This document shows positions 1 to 12,400 of a stretch of 64,000 nucleotides of DNA, in pieces. Each line of letters begins with the position of its first letter. The first letter of the stretch is position 1. The DNA is taken from the NCBI GenBank assembly GCA_973895155.1, contig OZ316896.1, positions 21,637,150 to 21,701,149 on the forward strand, given 5' to 3'. Under the pieces are notes generated by a model. The model ran no database searches. It was not told the origin of the DNA and was given only the letters and a program-made list of their open reading frames with translations. The position numbers and the translations under genes were made by a program. The DNA comes from Marsupella aquatica (Eukaryota; Plantae; Marchantiophyta).

Positions 1-2060
1 CAATTGGACCATCTAGATTATTTTCATGTGTGAGCATTTGTGTGAACACTAGTGTGGGACAAAACTGAAAACTTGATTCTAAGCCATTGGATTTTTCTTA
101 TTTGAAGCATCTAGATGTGGGACAAAAATGAGAAGTGGTGTCAGATTCCTGTCATACCCAAATAGATCCAGGGACATTTCTCAACCATGCCATGCCAAAA
201 TGAGTGAATGTACATGTCCAATTAACCTACCCCCATTCCATGCCTCCACATCAACTCATCAAACGCTATGAATAATACACTAGCCACCCAAAAAGTACTT
301 TAGTCTTTTACAAAATCACGGAAAAGTGAGAGTTCATCTAGCTCTTCATAAAAAAATGATTTTTTTTGGGGTGCCATCAGATCCACCTAGATACTCGTCC
401 CACCTCAAATGTGTGTCCAATGCCTGTCCGCACCTGCCCAAAATGGAAATATAATAAAATTTTGAAATTTTCGAGAAAATCTGAATATGTAAACAAATTT
501 AAATATGTATTCAGAGTGACATACATTCAATAAACAAAACAACAAAAAACACTCCCTCATATTGTGCAACCATGCCTGAACACCACCCAGAATTCAAAAC
601 TTAGACCATGGTAGTGCATTTTGATTTTCATTCCTACTTGAATGATTTAAACATTGACATTTTTGGGGCTCATAGAATAGACATTGTGACCATTTACTCT
701 GGCAAAAATTAATCTTAGTACCAATGGAGCACGGGATTAATTAAGAATTTAAAGCAGGCAAAGATTGCCAACATTGTCTGATTAGTTTGCCGCAAAAGAC
801 ATAATTAAATGCCTTCCAAGCTTATTTGACCTAGGCAGATCTGACCTGAGCCAACCTCACCTAAGCTGATTTGACCTAGGAGGACTTAAAGGAAAATAAT
901 TTTCATTGTGGGAGTGCTAAACCCTCATTTTTGCTTTATTCTTAAACAAAAGGGTTTCCCAGGAAAAAAATAAAATTCAATCAATCTATAAATCAATGTG
1001 GCATGGAGCATTTAGAAAAAAAGAAACCTAATAACTCTTTCCAGGACATGTGAAGGGTTGTGAAGTGAATAACTTTTTGCATATGGATGGACATCCTCAA
1101 TATTGCTAGTTGTACGTGTTGAGATACATGTGTTGAGAAACCAATGTATCATGACTTAGAGACTTTTGGTTCACCCAGTTTAGGGTCAGTGTGTCCATGA
1201 CCAAAAGAAAAAAATTCAGTATATATGTTAACACCATAAATTGGCCATAGCTTTGGCAAGTCACAAGCTGAGCTCCATGACACAATACTCTTCTCTCTTC
1301 ACTCTCCAATTCTTGACCATGATATCTAGTGTGAGCACAATGAAGTGTTCCTCCAAGGTATAGGCTCTCTCCACTAGTTTAACCTCAGCAGCACTTAACC
1401 ATGGTTAAGTTGTGCCTAGAAAGTTAACCTATTTAACCACTTGCTAGACTTAAGTATCAACAGGTTATTAACCTTTGCTACTCTCAACAACGTTGTAATG
1501 GATTGGACAGTAAGTTGTAAAAGAACCCTACACCCCAATTCCCTTCCCCGCCCCCCCTAACCACATCAACAACTTTCCTAATTTTTAGCAACTCCTTGCC
1601 TCCACCTTGGACAAGCAACTCTCTTTTTTACAAGGCCAAGCTTTTAATTTCTTACAATGACGTACTTAATATCCAATTGACCATGTGCAATTTCATTTTA
1701 GTCTACTAAAATCTTGTACTTCTTAACTTACTCAAGGAATCCAAAGATGTAACTTAAAAAATACCAACATTTTTTTGATATGAAAAAAATTATCAAAATC
1801 AAATAATATGGTTTTTTTTCTAATACAGGGTTCTGTGGCACAATGACATCTTATCTGCATTGACATTTTTTGCGCAATGTTCTTCTTTATGTCCCGTAAT
1901 GGGCGCCATAGGTTATTGAGGCACAAACACCTTTTACAAAACAACATCTTGTGTGCAATGCATGGGTACGTATTGAGCTAGTGTTGCTATTCAATAACAT
2001 TTCTAGAGTAAATTCAAGTGTGAACAAGTAATACATGTCTTTCCATGCAACTATAGGAAC

Positions 2061-2177
2061 CAGTATTAATAGTAATAAATGAAATCTAACTAATGAAGCG
2101 CAATGAAAAGCTACTCCCAGTATTAATAGTAATAAATGAAATCTAACTAATGAAGCGCAATGAAAAGCTACTCCCAG
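2061..2177. repeat. 57-bp direct tandem duplication (2 copies)
   Basis: cagtattaatagtaataaatgaaatctaactaatgaagcgcaatgaaaagctactcc starts at 2061 and again at 2118. Confidence 0.9.
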
Positions 2178-3036
2178 GGCCTATTTTCTAGAAAGAACCC
2201 TCTAGATTGTGACTCTAAATGAGTGAAGCCCCCACTGCCATCACCTGTCTCATGCTCCTCCATCCCCGATCCTCTACCCTAGCTGTCTCCAATATCACTT
2301 TTGTAACAACAACATTGAGAAGCAAAATGTAAATATTTTGCAACAACAACCACCCATCAACAATCATGTTTGCAATAACAATGTCATGAATGCACAAAAG
2401 GCATAGACAGAATGGCAACTCTCCTTGCCTCCGCTGCACTTTTTTTGTGTGACCTAAGCATTTCTATGCAACACAAAGGCATTGGCATGCCAGCAACATT
2501 GTGGAGGCAATGACCGCACAACCACAATGATAACCGTGCAAAGCATGCACATAAATTGAATGGGCTAATGTGTTTTAAAAATTTTAAAATGGTGAAGCTA
2601 GGGAGGAGATAAAATGTAAGTCAAGTAAAGTAGCATTGAAAGTTTTTGGATGCCTTTCAGCCATGTGGTGTTATGGATCTGTAATATTAAATTTGGAATC
2701 CTTATAGTTGTGTCCAATTTACTAAACAATTGCTTAGCATGATTATCAGTTCATTGAACATAAATAGAGTTGATGATAAAAAAAACCTTGCAGAGAAATG
2801 GATTCCATGCTATTCCTGTTTTTTGTTTGCACCCTCAATTTAAGTCACGCTCTAGAGTGTTCAGTCTACCTTACTTTCAATCAGGGTCTACCGGCTTCAC
2901 TCTAGTTGGGTTTCACTCTAGACAGTAGGCATGGTCAATATATTAGTCCCAAGGAGTGGCTGTGATTGCACTTTATTAGTTCAGTATCCATCTTTATAGT
3001 TTGACTAGCCCGATGCCCATGTGTTGCATGAAAGCT

Positions 3037-3360
3037 GTCAAGTGATAAAAAATGTCGAGATGATAAAAAGATGTCAAGTGATAAAAATATATCAAGGTGA
3101 TAAAAAATATCAAGTGATAAAAAACTGTTGAGATGATAAAAATATGTCAAGTGATAAAAAGATGTCGAGGTGATAATAGATGTTAAGTGATAAAAAATAT
3201 CCAGGTGATAAAAATATGTCAGGTGATAAAAATATATCAAGGTGATAAAAATATGTCAGGTGATAAAAATATATCAAGTGATAAAAAAATGTTGAGATGA
3301 TAAAAAAATGTCAAGTGATAAAAGATGTCGAGATGATAAAAAGATGTCCAGTGATAAAAG
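3037..3360. repeat. ~20-21-bp minisatellite (about 15 copies)
   Basis: Repeated (g/a)tgataaaaa(a)(g/t)at(g/a)tcaag units; the overlapping FYHL-rich ORFs are artefacts of this repeat. Confidence 0.9.
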
Positions 3361-4318
3361 GCCACACCATGATTGCAAGACACTTGTCTGAGATTGTGGA
3401 CCCAATATCCGTCCAGGATAATGCTTACCTGGACCCCTTGTCTCACCCTCCCAACGTTGAAGGCAATCATCCTGTTTCCAAGATCATGTCTCTTGCTCAT
3501 ATGGTATCCTCTTAGCTCCCATTGCAAAAGGACCCCTAGTGGGGATCCGTAAAGATCTCCCAGATGCGCAAACCCAATTTGTCACAAAGAAGGGTTCACT
3601 AAATTTAGGGCACTGCCACATCCTAATAAATTCCTTGTTCCATACCAATCCCAGAAATTCCATACCAATCCCAGAAATATGAAAGGGGTTCCCCAATATT
3701 TCCTACCATGGCCACATCCCATCGAGGTCACCCACAATTATTAAAGGGGCCCAACAATAGTGAATCGGTTCCTTAATATTTTGTACCCTGGCCACATCCC
3801 ATAAAAATCAGGAGCTAAGCGTCAGCATCAGGAGCCCTGGGGACACAGACTTAGGCAAGGAGTGAGGCAGAGCAAGTGAGGACAAAATTGTGCTGTGAAA
3901 CAGCATTCCAGGAGGGGCTAGAAGTTTCATTGAATGGCCCTGAAAAACCTCCTTTCAATCCAATGGACACAGTTTGGTCCCGCCTTTATCAGATTTTGTG
4001 TGAGAAAAAGGCTGGCAAGCATATTATACTAGTTAGATTGCAACTTATTAGGTGGGTATCAATCTTTATACTACTATCTAATGTTCTAAATGAATCAAGA
4101 GTGAGAATCAGCCAACAGAGCGGGCAGGCTGGCTCCGACCAGGATACCACCGTATTCATGCACAATATTACGTTTCTCTTCCACAATTTGACTGAAAGAG
4201 CCAACTTGAAGAAGTGACCGATTGAATCCCGGCTTCCTTACCAATCTCGTTGAAATGATCGAGCACAAATTACCGATGTTATTTCTATAATGATCTCATC
4301 CCTCAAATCTCCCATGAT

Positions 4319-4327
4319 GATATAAAG
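4319..4327 (+). promoter_or_regulatory. Candidate TATA box of the ANK-PGG gene
   Basis: gatataaa(g/c)tcgtc is conserved ~140-170 bp upstream of the ATG in all three paralogs (also ~45356 and ~51907). Confidence 0.45.
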
Positions 4328-4489
4328 TCGTCAGTGTGCTCATTGCCAGAACCAGTTCCTCTATCACCAGGTAAGCTTTTTACTCGATCTTACGAACAGA
4401 CTGTTGCTCCAGGGTGTGGAAGTGGGATCAGCAGAAGTCTGCATCGTTACTCTGGATCTGAGAGATCGCTTCGAGAGAGCTTTCTTCAC

Positions 4490-7435
4490 ATGGCGACCAG
4501 CCAGTCTCACGGCGACTTTATGCTGGACTGGTACAATGCACTCTACAGCGGAAATTTTCTGCTGCTGCGAGAAATGCTGCGAGACCGTCCTTTTCTTTGG
4601 AAATTTGGACCGAGAAGAGACCCTACAAAGACCGTCAAACGCCTGAATGTCGATGGCCCGGAGACATCGACATGGAAAGGGTCCAGTGCATTCCTTGAAG
4701 CTGCAACCTTCGGGTGTGCAGATCTTGTCAAGCTATGTTTCGAACTAGGTAATGTACCCACGATCAGCAGTAGTTCCCCACCCGTGGATACTGGGCTTGG
4801 TCCCATCGAGTCGACTCCAGATGAGAGCGGGATTGCTGATCCTTCTCGGGAAGATGCTGCGGTAGAAGTGGATGTGTCAGCTGATGCACAGAAGAATGGA
4901 TCAGATGCAGGTCTAGGTGCAAAATTCCGGAAGGCCCTGTGGACGGGCCCTAAGCGAGGTGTCGAACACATGTTCAAGGGACGCAGCACGGGGCAAGACA
5001 ATGCTGGCGCTGAGACTGATGAAAAGAACGGTGGCCAAAACCCAACTCTCCCAAACAACGTACGAGAGCTACTGCTTGTTAAGAGCGGCTGGTGGGGAGT
5101 GGATGCAATTACAATCGCAGTGGTTTGTGGAAGTAACGAGGTCCTCGGTCTTCTCGTTCACGCTTTGGGACAATGTAAGGACCCTCCCGAGTGGATCAAA
5201 CAGAGGACAAAGAGTCAACCGCAAGGTTTGGTCAAACCGAGGACGGTGAGGGAACTGCAAGGTTCGGTCGACAGCGGAGATATGGGCTGGCTACGAGAAG
5301 TAACAAAGGACGTCCTCGCTGACCCTGATTGCGAGGAGTGCGGCCGGGTGGGCAAGGAAATGTACTCAGGAGACCCGCATTTGAACTTCCTCCCCATAGA
5401 GGAATACCTCTTTCACTTTTTGTGTCAACAATCGAATGATGACAAGTTCAGGGCCGCGAGGATGGCCATGCGGAAGAAGATGGGGAGGGAACATCCTTTG
5501 GGCTTCGTGTTGACCCTTAAAGATAGTCAGGGAAGACCTCCGTTCCATGCTGCAATATGGAGTGGAACAACTGACACCTTCTTTGACCTCATACAGACGG
5601 AGAATGAAGATGTCATGATATCCCGCATGATTCTCGCCATCAAAACACTTGACGGAGCTGGAAGGACTCCTGTACACCTGGCCGCCGCTCTAGGTAGAAC
5701 AGCTGCACTTGAAACCATTCTTTTGTATGCCCATAAAAATGATGTGGTCGGGGACGTGGTTTCTCAAACCTGTAAGAAGAAATGGCAATACCAGAAGCCG
5801 GACTTTTCAGGTGGTGAGATCCCCATTGACATCAATAAGTTGTCCAAAGAACTCGGCTTCGGGTATCACCATGGCCCTTACAGTGCCGTCCATGCAGCAC
5901 TGCTCCATGGAAACTCTGAATGTGCGAAGCTTTTGATTGAACAATTTCCCGAAGAAGATTGGGGGACATACATATACACGCGTGAGCCGTGTGAGAAAAT
6001 AGTGACCAAGGCGGCTGTGATTATTGAGTTTGACACGGTGGAGCTTGCGTGTTTGATGGGAGCCGACGTTTCGGTCATACGATTGCTACTGGTATGTACA
6101 AATTTGTCAATACAGGTCTGGAAGTCCTAAATATAGAGAGTTTGTGTGTAGATGACAGTAATATTTTTCCAAAGCATCCTCAACTTTTATATAGAGTATG
6201 TAGACTTTTATGAACTAGGTAACCTGCCGAAGGCAAATCCCTTCCAGCAGTAACAAATTAATCACAGACGGCTAAGATCATTTCAAACTCCTCACGCGAG
6301 TGATACGCGACAGTGTATTAAAGTTCCTACTATATATAACTGGATGTTTTGTGACCTGTGGCAGGCTGCTGGCGGGCGTGGTGGGTATCTAGGACAGTCA
6401 AAGCCATTTAGTGTAAGTGACCAGAGTCAGTCACCAAAAATTTACACACACCCATGGCATGCACTCCATATTGCGGCTGCCTCAGGGAAGTATGACAATT
6501 TGCAATTGTTGTTGAAAGATGATCTTTTCGCAGTTGAAGACTTTCAAGGGAACAGTGCACTTCATCATGCTTTAAGGGTGCATGAATTTGGATTTCAAAC
6601 CCACCTGGTAGATCATATCGAGTTGGAAGGCGTTCGTGACAACATTCGTTCACATGCTGCGGTTAACAAGGCCAAGGAGTTCCAGGATTCGGCCGAGCTT
6701 ACTCAAACAAGGCAAGATTGTATTGATCTTTTGTTGCAACGTGGATGTGATATTTTTGCGGAAAATCACTTCAAGAACGTTCCTTATCCTGGACAAGTTT
6801 TAGAGAACAATGGAAAGCTCATGTCGTGGTGGTCTGAGAATCAAACCAAAGCGTTGCAAGCGGCCGCAAATGATTGCGTCAACGCTGCAAATGCAATATC
6901 TGTCACTGCAGCATTGGTCGCAACAACGTCATATGTGGGCCCTTTAACACCTCCTTTGAGTTACGGAGATCATGGGATCCATGATAACAATGTGTTCGTC
7001 ATTATTTTCATGGTCTGCGACACAATGTCATTCTATTTGGCCATCGCTGCAATCACAATTTCTTTGATTCCCTCCCTTCCAGCGGGATGGCAAGTTTTGC
7101 AGCGAAAGCCATATACAGGTCGAGATATGGTGACACTATCTGTGACAATTTTATTCCCAGCGATAGTTTTGTTATTTATAGCATTTGCTTGTAGTTCTCT
7201 TTCAGTGGCAACTGCCAACGTCACGTCAACAGTTGCTGGACAGTTGACACTTGCTACAACTTGTATCGGAGGCTGTATATGTCTGCTAGCGTTCATTCTG
7301 TTCTCCATAAGACTCGTGGTATTTATTCTTCCTCGGAATGATTACCTTTCAATCTTGGACGATTGGTCGAAGTTTTCTCTCGCGCAATCTAAATCTAAAT
7401 CTAAATCTAAAAAAATGGCAGCGCTAGCACTCTGA
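4490..7435 (+). CDS. Ankyrin-repeat + PGG-domain transmembrane protein (ACD6/ITN1-like), copy 1; join(4490..6091,6365..7435), ~890 aa
   Basis: ANK motifs GRPPFHAA, GRTPVHLAAALG, HALHIAAASG, GNSALHHA. PGG-like motif AALVATTSYVGPLTPPLSY followed by several hydrophobic helices. Phase-0 GT..AG intron 6092-6364 at the same position in all three paralogs. ATG at 4490 matches the paralog starts (MATS/MATN). Confidence 0.88.
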
Positions 7436-9478
7436 AGAGATCTAAAAAAATGGCAGCGCTATCCATGAGACAGGTTTCGATGGGCTCGTATATGAAATTC
7501 TACTCATATGATGGATAGGACATCTCAGATGTATTATATTGCATATTAATTTAGAGCTCGATTTAGAAGGTTTCTCTAGTTGTGTAGAAAAGCGTATGCC
7601 GTGAGTCCCTGCCATGGCTTCAGCTTCACTTGACTTGCCTGCCGGATGCATTGCAGTGTCTGTTCTCCGGAAGATCTTGCTAGAGACAAAATTTCACAAG
7701 ATCCCAGTCCAAAAACGGCATGGAATGAGCGGCTCACTAACCATAATGATATCAGCCGAACAATCTGACTATCTGTGCATCTAGGCATGCTGGTATATCT
7801 CCCAATGTTTACGGGCCTCCGCCTTGCAAATCTTTTTAATGTCAAAGCAGGCTGTCTCTGAGAGGAAGCTTCATTCTCACACTACATGTGCATCCGTTCC
7901 TGCGTCTGCGTCTGGCAACATTCTCACGGATTGCAGGCTATTGTTTTGTTTTGGCCATTGTTTTTTAACGCCTGACAGACGCTAGTCACATAATACTTTG
8001 TGCGCTCACTGTTTCTCCCAGGTGCCCTTGTGTTCCCCCTTTATTGGGTTTTTGGCCTTCCGGATCATGTTTCCCGGTATTGCGTTGTTGTTCCTTTGCA
8101 GTGCTATATATTCAAGACTGTGAAGGTGTGCCTCGTATGTTGGTCTAGATGTCGTCGTCGTTTGATTATTCTGGACTTATCGTAGGTCTAGGTCTTCCAG
8201 TTTACTCTTTACTTTCTTGTAAAGAGGCGTGGGTGTAAGCCGGTCTTTTCCTCACCACGTGGCTGGTTTTTCCTTGCACCACTGTCTTGAAGCTCTTCGT
8301 GTTTTTTCGTTACTCAAGTTCAAACTCTGGGTTCGAGGGCAGGGACTCTGTTACAGTTCAATATCCATTTGGGTGGCTGGTTCTGGATAGAGCATTAAGT
8401 TTCATCAGTGAATAAAATCAGTGGATTCTGAATGCTGGATTCTGAATGCTGTGTGACCTCTGTTAATGATACTCTTTATGAGGTGCATGTGTATGAATCA
8501 AATCTCGCAACATTGTATCGGTCTTTGTTTGGGCTATTGATCACAAAGACGGCTGAACGCATTGTGATTTCGAAGCCAGAAAACCCATCCCTGGAAGTAT
8601 GTATCTTAAAGAGGGAGACGTATACAAGCGTCTGTCCCTGAGTGCTCTTCCTCGGGTTTCTAGAACAAGACCGCGAGTCCACGTGCACTGGCGGTCCAAG
8701 ATTCGGAAGGGAGTACAATTCTATTCATATCCTACCCTAATCCGAGCCCGCGAACAAGGTGAATATGATTGTTTAGTAGAGGCCCACACCGATATCAGCT
8801 CTTCATTCCATCTCAGAGCAGAGTCATCCTCTTGCGGTTGGATCAGCTTCACCGTCAGCCTGACAGACGTTTCACTCTTCAACATCTTGAGGGTGTCCAC
8901 TTCGAGTTCACTGCAAGCATCCAATTTTCTTGTGAGATTTAGAACTGTCTTGAATAAATTTATCATTGAGTTTCAGATTATGGAGATTCATATCATTCTA
9001 TCAGTCAACCCCGAAACAGAGTCACAAAACGGAGGTATTTGTACTATCTCCAGATTGAGTCCTGAGGCAGAGTCGAACGAGAAGGCTACGTAATGAGGTA
9101 GAACGCGTCACATTGATTCTCCTAGCAAGTGATTTCTAGCTCACTACCCCTTCGATCACACAATTGATGACTAGCTCACTATCTTCGATCACACTGCCGT
9201 GATCGGCACAAATAAAAAAATTCCTTAGATTGGTTCCGACTTTCGTGATCATTCCAGCGTACACTTGTAGCAAGTGTACTCCCATCTGGTTCCACTCCTA
9301 CTGTGGGTACCTCACGTTCTAATTGTGTGAATCTAAAACACATAACGACTTGTAGATGCACGTACACGAGAGAACATACAAGAGATGGAATATATGAACG
9401 CAGTGCTCAGATCTGCTTCGGATCTGCTTCTCACGGAATGTCTGATAATAATTCAATCACTGCAAGGGCAGGGACATA

Positions 9479-12400
9479 TGTGATCTGTAGCTTGGAGAGC
9501 AAAACATAAGACACTTTGACCCATTCATAAATCATACGCAGTATCTGTGGAAGAGTGCAAACATTGCGCTCACATCCATTGATTGATTCATTGTAAAAGA
9601 CTGAATGCTCTATCCAGAGTCAGTCGCGCATACTGCTTAAGTGCAGGCACTCCTGCCCTTCAAACGAGTTTGAAAAGAGCCAGGCGCGCCATAGGAAGCT
9701 CAAACACGTGTTGGGCAACAGACTGCCTTACACCCGCGCCACTTTACAGTAAGGAGTAAAGAGCTAAAAACAAGCTCTACGATAAGAACGGAAGTGAAAG
9801 TGGGAAGACGTCGAGACCAGAACACAGAAGGGAAACACTTCACAAGGGAAACACTTCACACACCCCCCGGATCGACTGTCTTCTAATTGGTAGAAACTGG
9901 GAAGAAAACAAGACCAAGAAGCTGAATGAATCGTTGAAAACGGATTCCAGCCAGTGGTTTCGTCAAGCCGTCAGCAGGCATGTTGTCAGTCGACAAATAC
10001 TTGATCTGCACATACCCTAAACGAACTTGCTCACGCACATAATGCCACTGAATCTGGATATGCTTGGTCCTAGCATGATGCTCTGGATTAATAGTCAAAG
10101 CAATTGCTGGCTTATTATCTCCCCAGATGACAACCGTAGAGACATCAGAAGAACAGAAATCAAGTTGTTGTAGCAGAGCGCGAAGCCAAATAGCTTCTTT
10201 ACATGCAATAGAGTAGGCGACGTATTCAGCCTCAGTGCTGCTGGTTGTGATAATTGGCTGCTTGCGTGACTTCCAGCTGATAGCTCCACCAGCAAGCTTG
10301 AAAAGATAGCCAGAGGTAGATTTGCGATCAATAACATCACCGGCAAAAGAAGCATCACAATATCCTTGGAAATTTAAAGAATGGATCTCAATACCCTGGA
10401 GCAGAATGATACTTGAGACCCAGATGAATGGTGCCGCTGAGGTAAGCCAGAACATGTCGAGCAGAAGCCTGATGTTCAGGCGCAGGGTTATGTGCAAATT
10501 GGCCAAGGCGTGCACATCGTTCAGCAATATCGGGCCGCGTCCACACTGCTAGATACATGAGGGAGCCAATCATAGCTTGATACAATTGTAACTGATGTGG
10601 TGTCGGAGAGATTTCACTCGGAAGTAATTGATCAATTCCAGTGGAAGGTGCAGTGAGAGCAACCGCAGCATTCATATGAAAACGAGTAAGAACCTTTTGA
10701 GCATACTGATTTTGTGCAATATATAAAACTCCTGCAGCCCAATCTCGATAAATTGCCAGCCCAAGATACTCAGTTAAGTCTCCAAGTGCACGAATCTCAT
10801 ATCGGGATGACAACATGGAGTGCATAGCATTGACACCTTCAACGGTCGTGGAGATGGTAATAATGTCATCCACCCACAAGACAATGAGATCCCCCGTAGA
10901 ATTTTTTAGAACACATGGATCTGAGAGTAACGGGAAAAAACCATGAGTAGCCAAAAACTCAGTAATCGCAATGTACCAGAGCCGAGGAGATTGCCGTAAA
11001 CCGTATAAAGCAGATAGGAGTAACCAGATGAGGAGCTGACCATCGGCAGTATACGTCTCATATCCTGGTGGTGGTCGAATATAAATGGGTGGCTGGCCAG
11101 CCATCAGAGCATATAGAAATGCTGTAACAATATCGAAACTACGAGCTTCGAGATTGAAAATAGCAACAAGTGCCATAATGGTGCGAAAAGTCTCAGGTCT
11201 AACCATAGAGGCAAAAGTATCCCCGTAGTCTTCACCTGGTCGTTGCTTATCCCCGCGAGCCACAAAACGTGCTTTGTAGATGCCTGTCTTCTTTCGATTG
11301 TAAACCCATTTGGATGGAAGTAGGCGTGCACCAGGTGGTAACGGAATCAATCGAGCCACATTTAATTTCGCCAACTGATGAAGTTCCTTCTGCTCCGCTT
11401 CTTTCCAAGACGTAGCATCAGGCCCAGACATCGCCTCTTTGTGAGTTTTTGGTACATCCGAAAAAGAGGAGAAGAGCGCAGCCGAATAAGAGTAGAGCAG
11501 CGTTGATGGAATATGCGAGAGCAAAGAGGCAGAACAAAATCGAGGGGGGGGAACACCCCTATTACTTCGAGTCGACCGACGAGGAGGAGGCGGCATGTCA
11601 GCTATTGCTGCGGTTACATCTTCATGGAATTCTTCTGGCGAGATTGTGCCCAAAGGTGGTATCATAGTCGGAAAAAACTCAGCCGCATCAGGGGAAACCT
11701 GATTTGGAATAGTGTCAGGTGCCGACGAGAAAATAGGAGGTGCCTGACTATCAATGGCAAGAGCCGAAAGAGGAGCTATTAATGGAGCATCGATTGGAGC
11801 CGAAAAGATTGGTTGCTCAAAAGTGATCAAAGCAGGATCCGTCGTCATCGATTGTAATGGAGAAACTAAACGGGGTGTCTCATCAATGGAAACATAGGCA
11901 AATACTGCAATTTCATTTGTGTCAGGAAACCATATGCGATAGTTAAGACCATCACCATATCCCACCAGAAATCCACGTTGTGCCCTGGATGAAAATTTAT
12001 CACCACGAAGTCGCCTCTCAGGAGGTATGTGCATATAAACAATTGCACCAAACACTCGCAAATGAGTGATATTAGAATTAAACGGCCGTTTGAACGCACG
12101 ATTGAGAGTAGCAAGCGGAGATGCTAAGTCAGGATTGACTGTCGTAGGTAGCCGATTTGACACGTAAACTGCAGTCCGAACCACTTCTGGCCATAAACGA
12201 GATGGAAGATGAGAATCCAACAACATAGCCCTGGCCCGCTCAATGATGACACCATTTGCCCGTTCAGCAATTCCGTTTTGAGTGTGATGATATGGAGCCG
12301 AGTGTGAGATGCTGCATCCAAGATCTACCAAGAATTGTTGTAACTCTGCGCTGCCAAACTCAGTGCCATTGTCGCAATGAATAGCCCCAACCTTGACAGA

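Noticed and set aside
2935-3527. FYHL-rich or IKKCQ-rich ORFs
   Set aside because: These are translations of the 20-21-bp minisatellite.
4334-4489. N-terminal extension of ANK copy 1
   Set aside because: It has a non-ATG start, and the homologous leader is not in frame in the other paralogs; it is probably 5' UTR.
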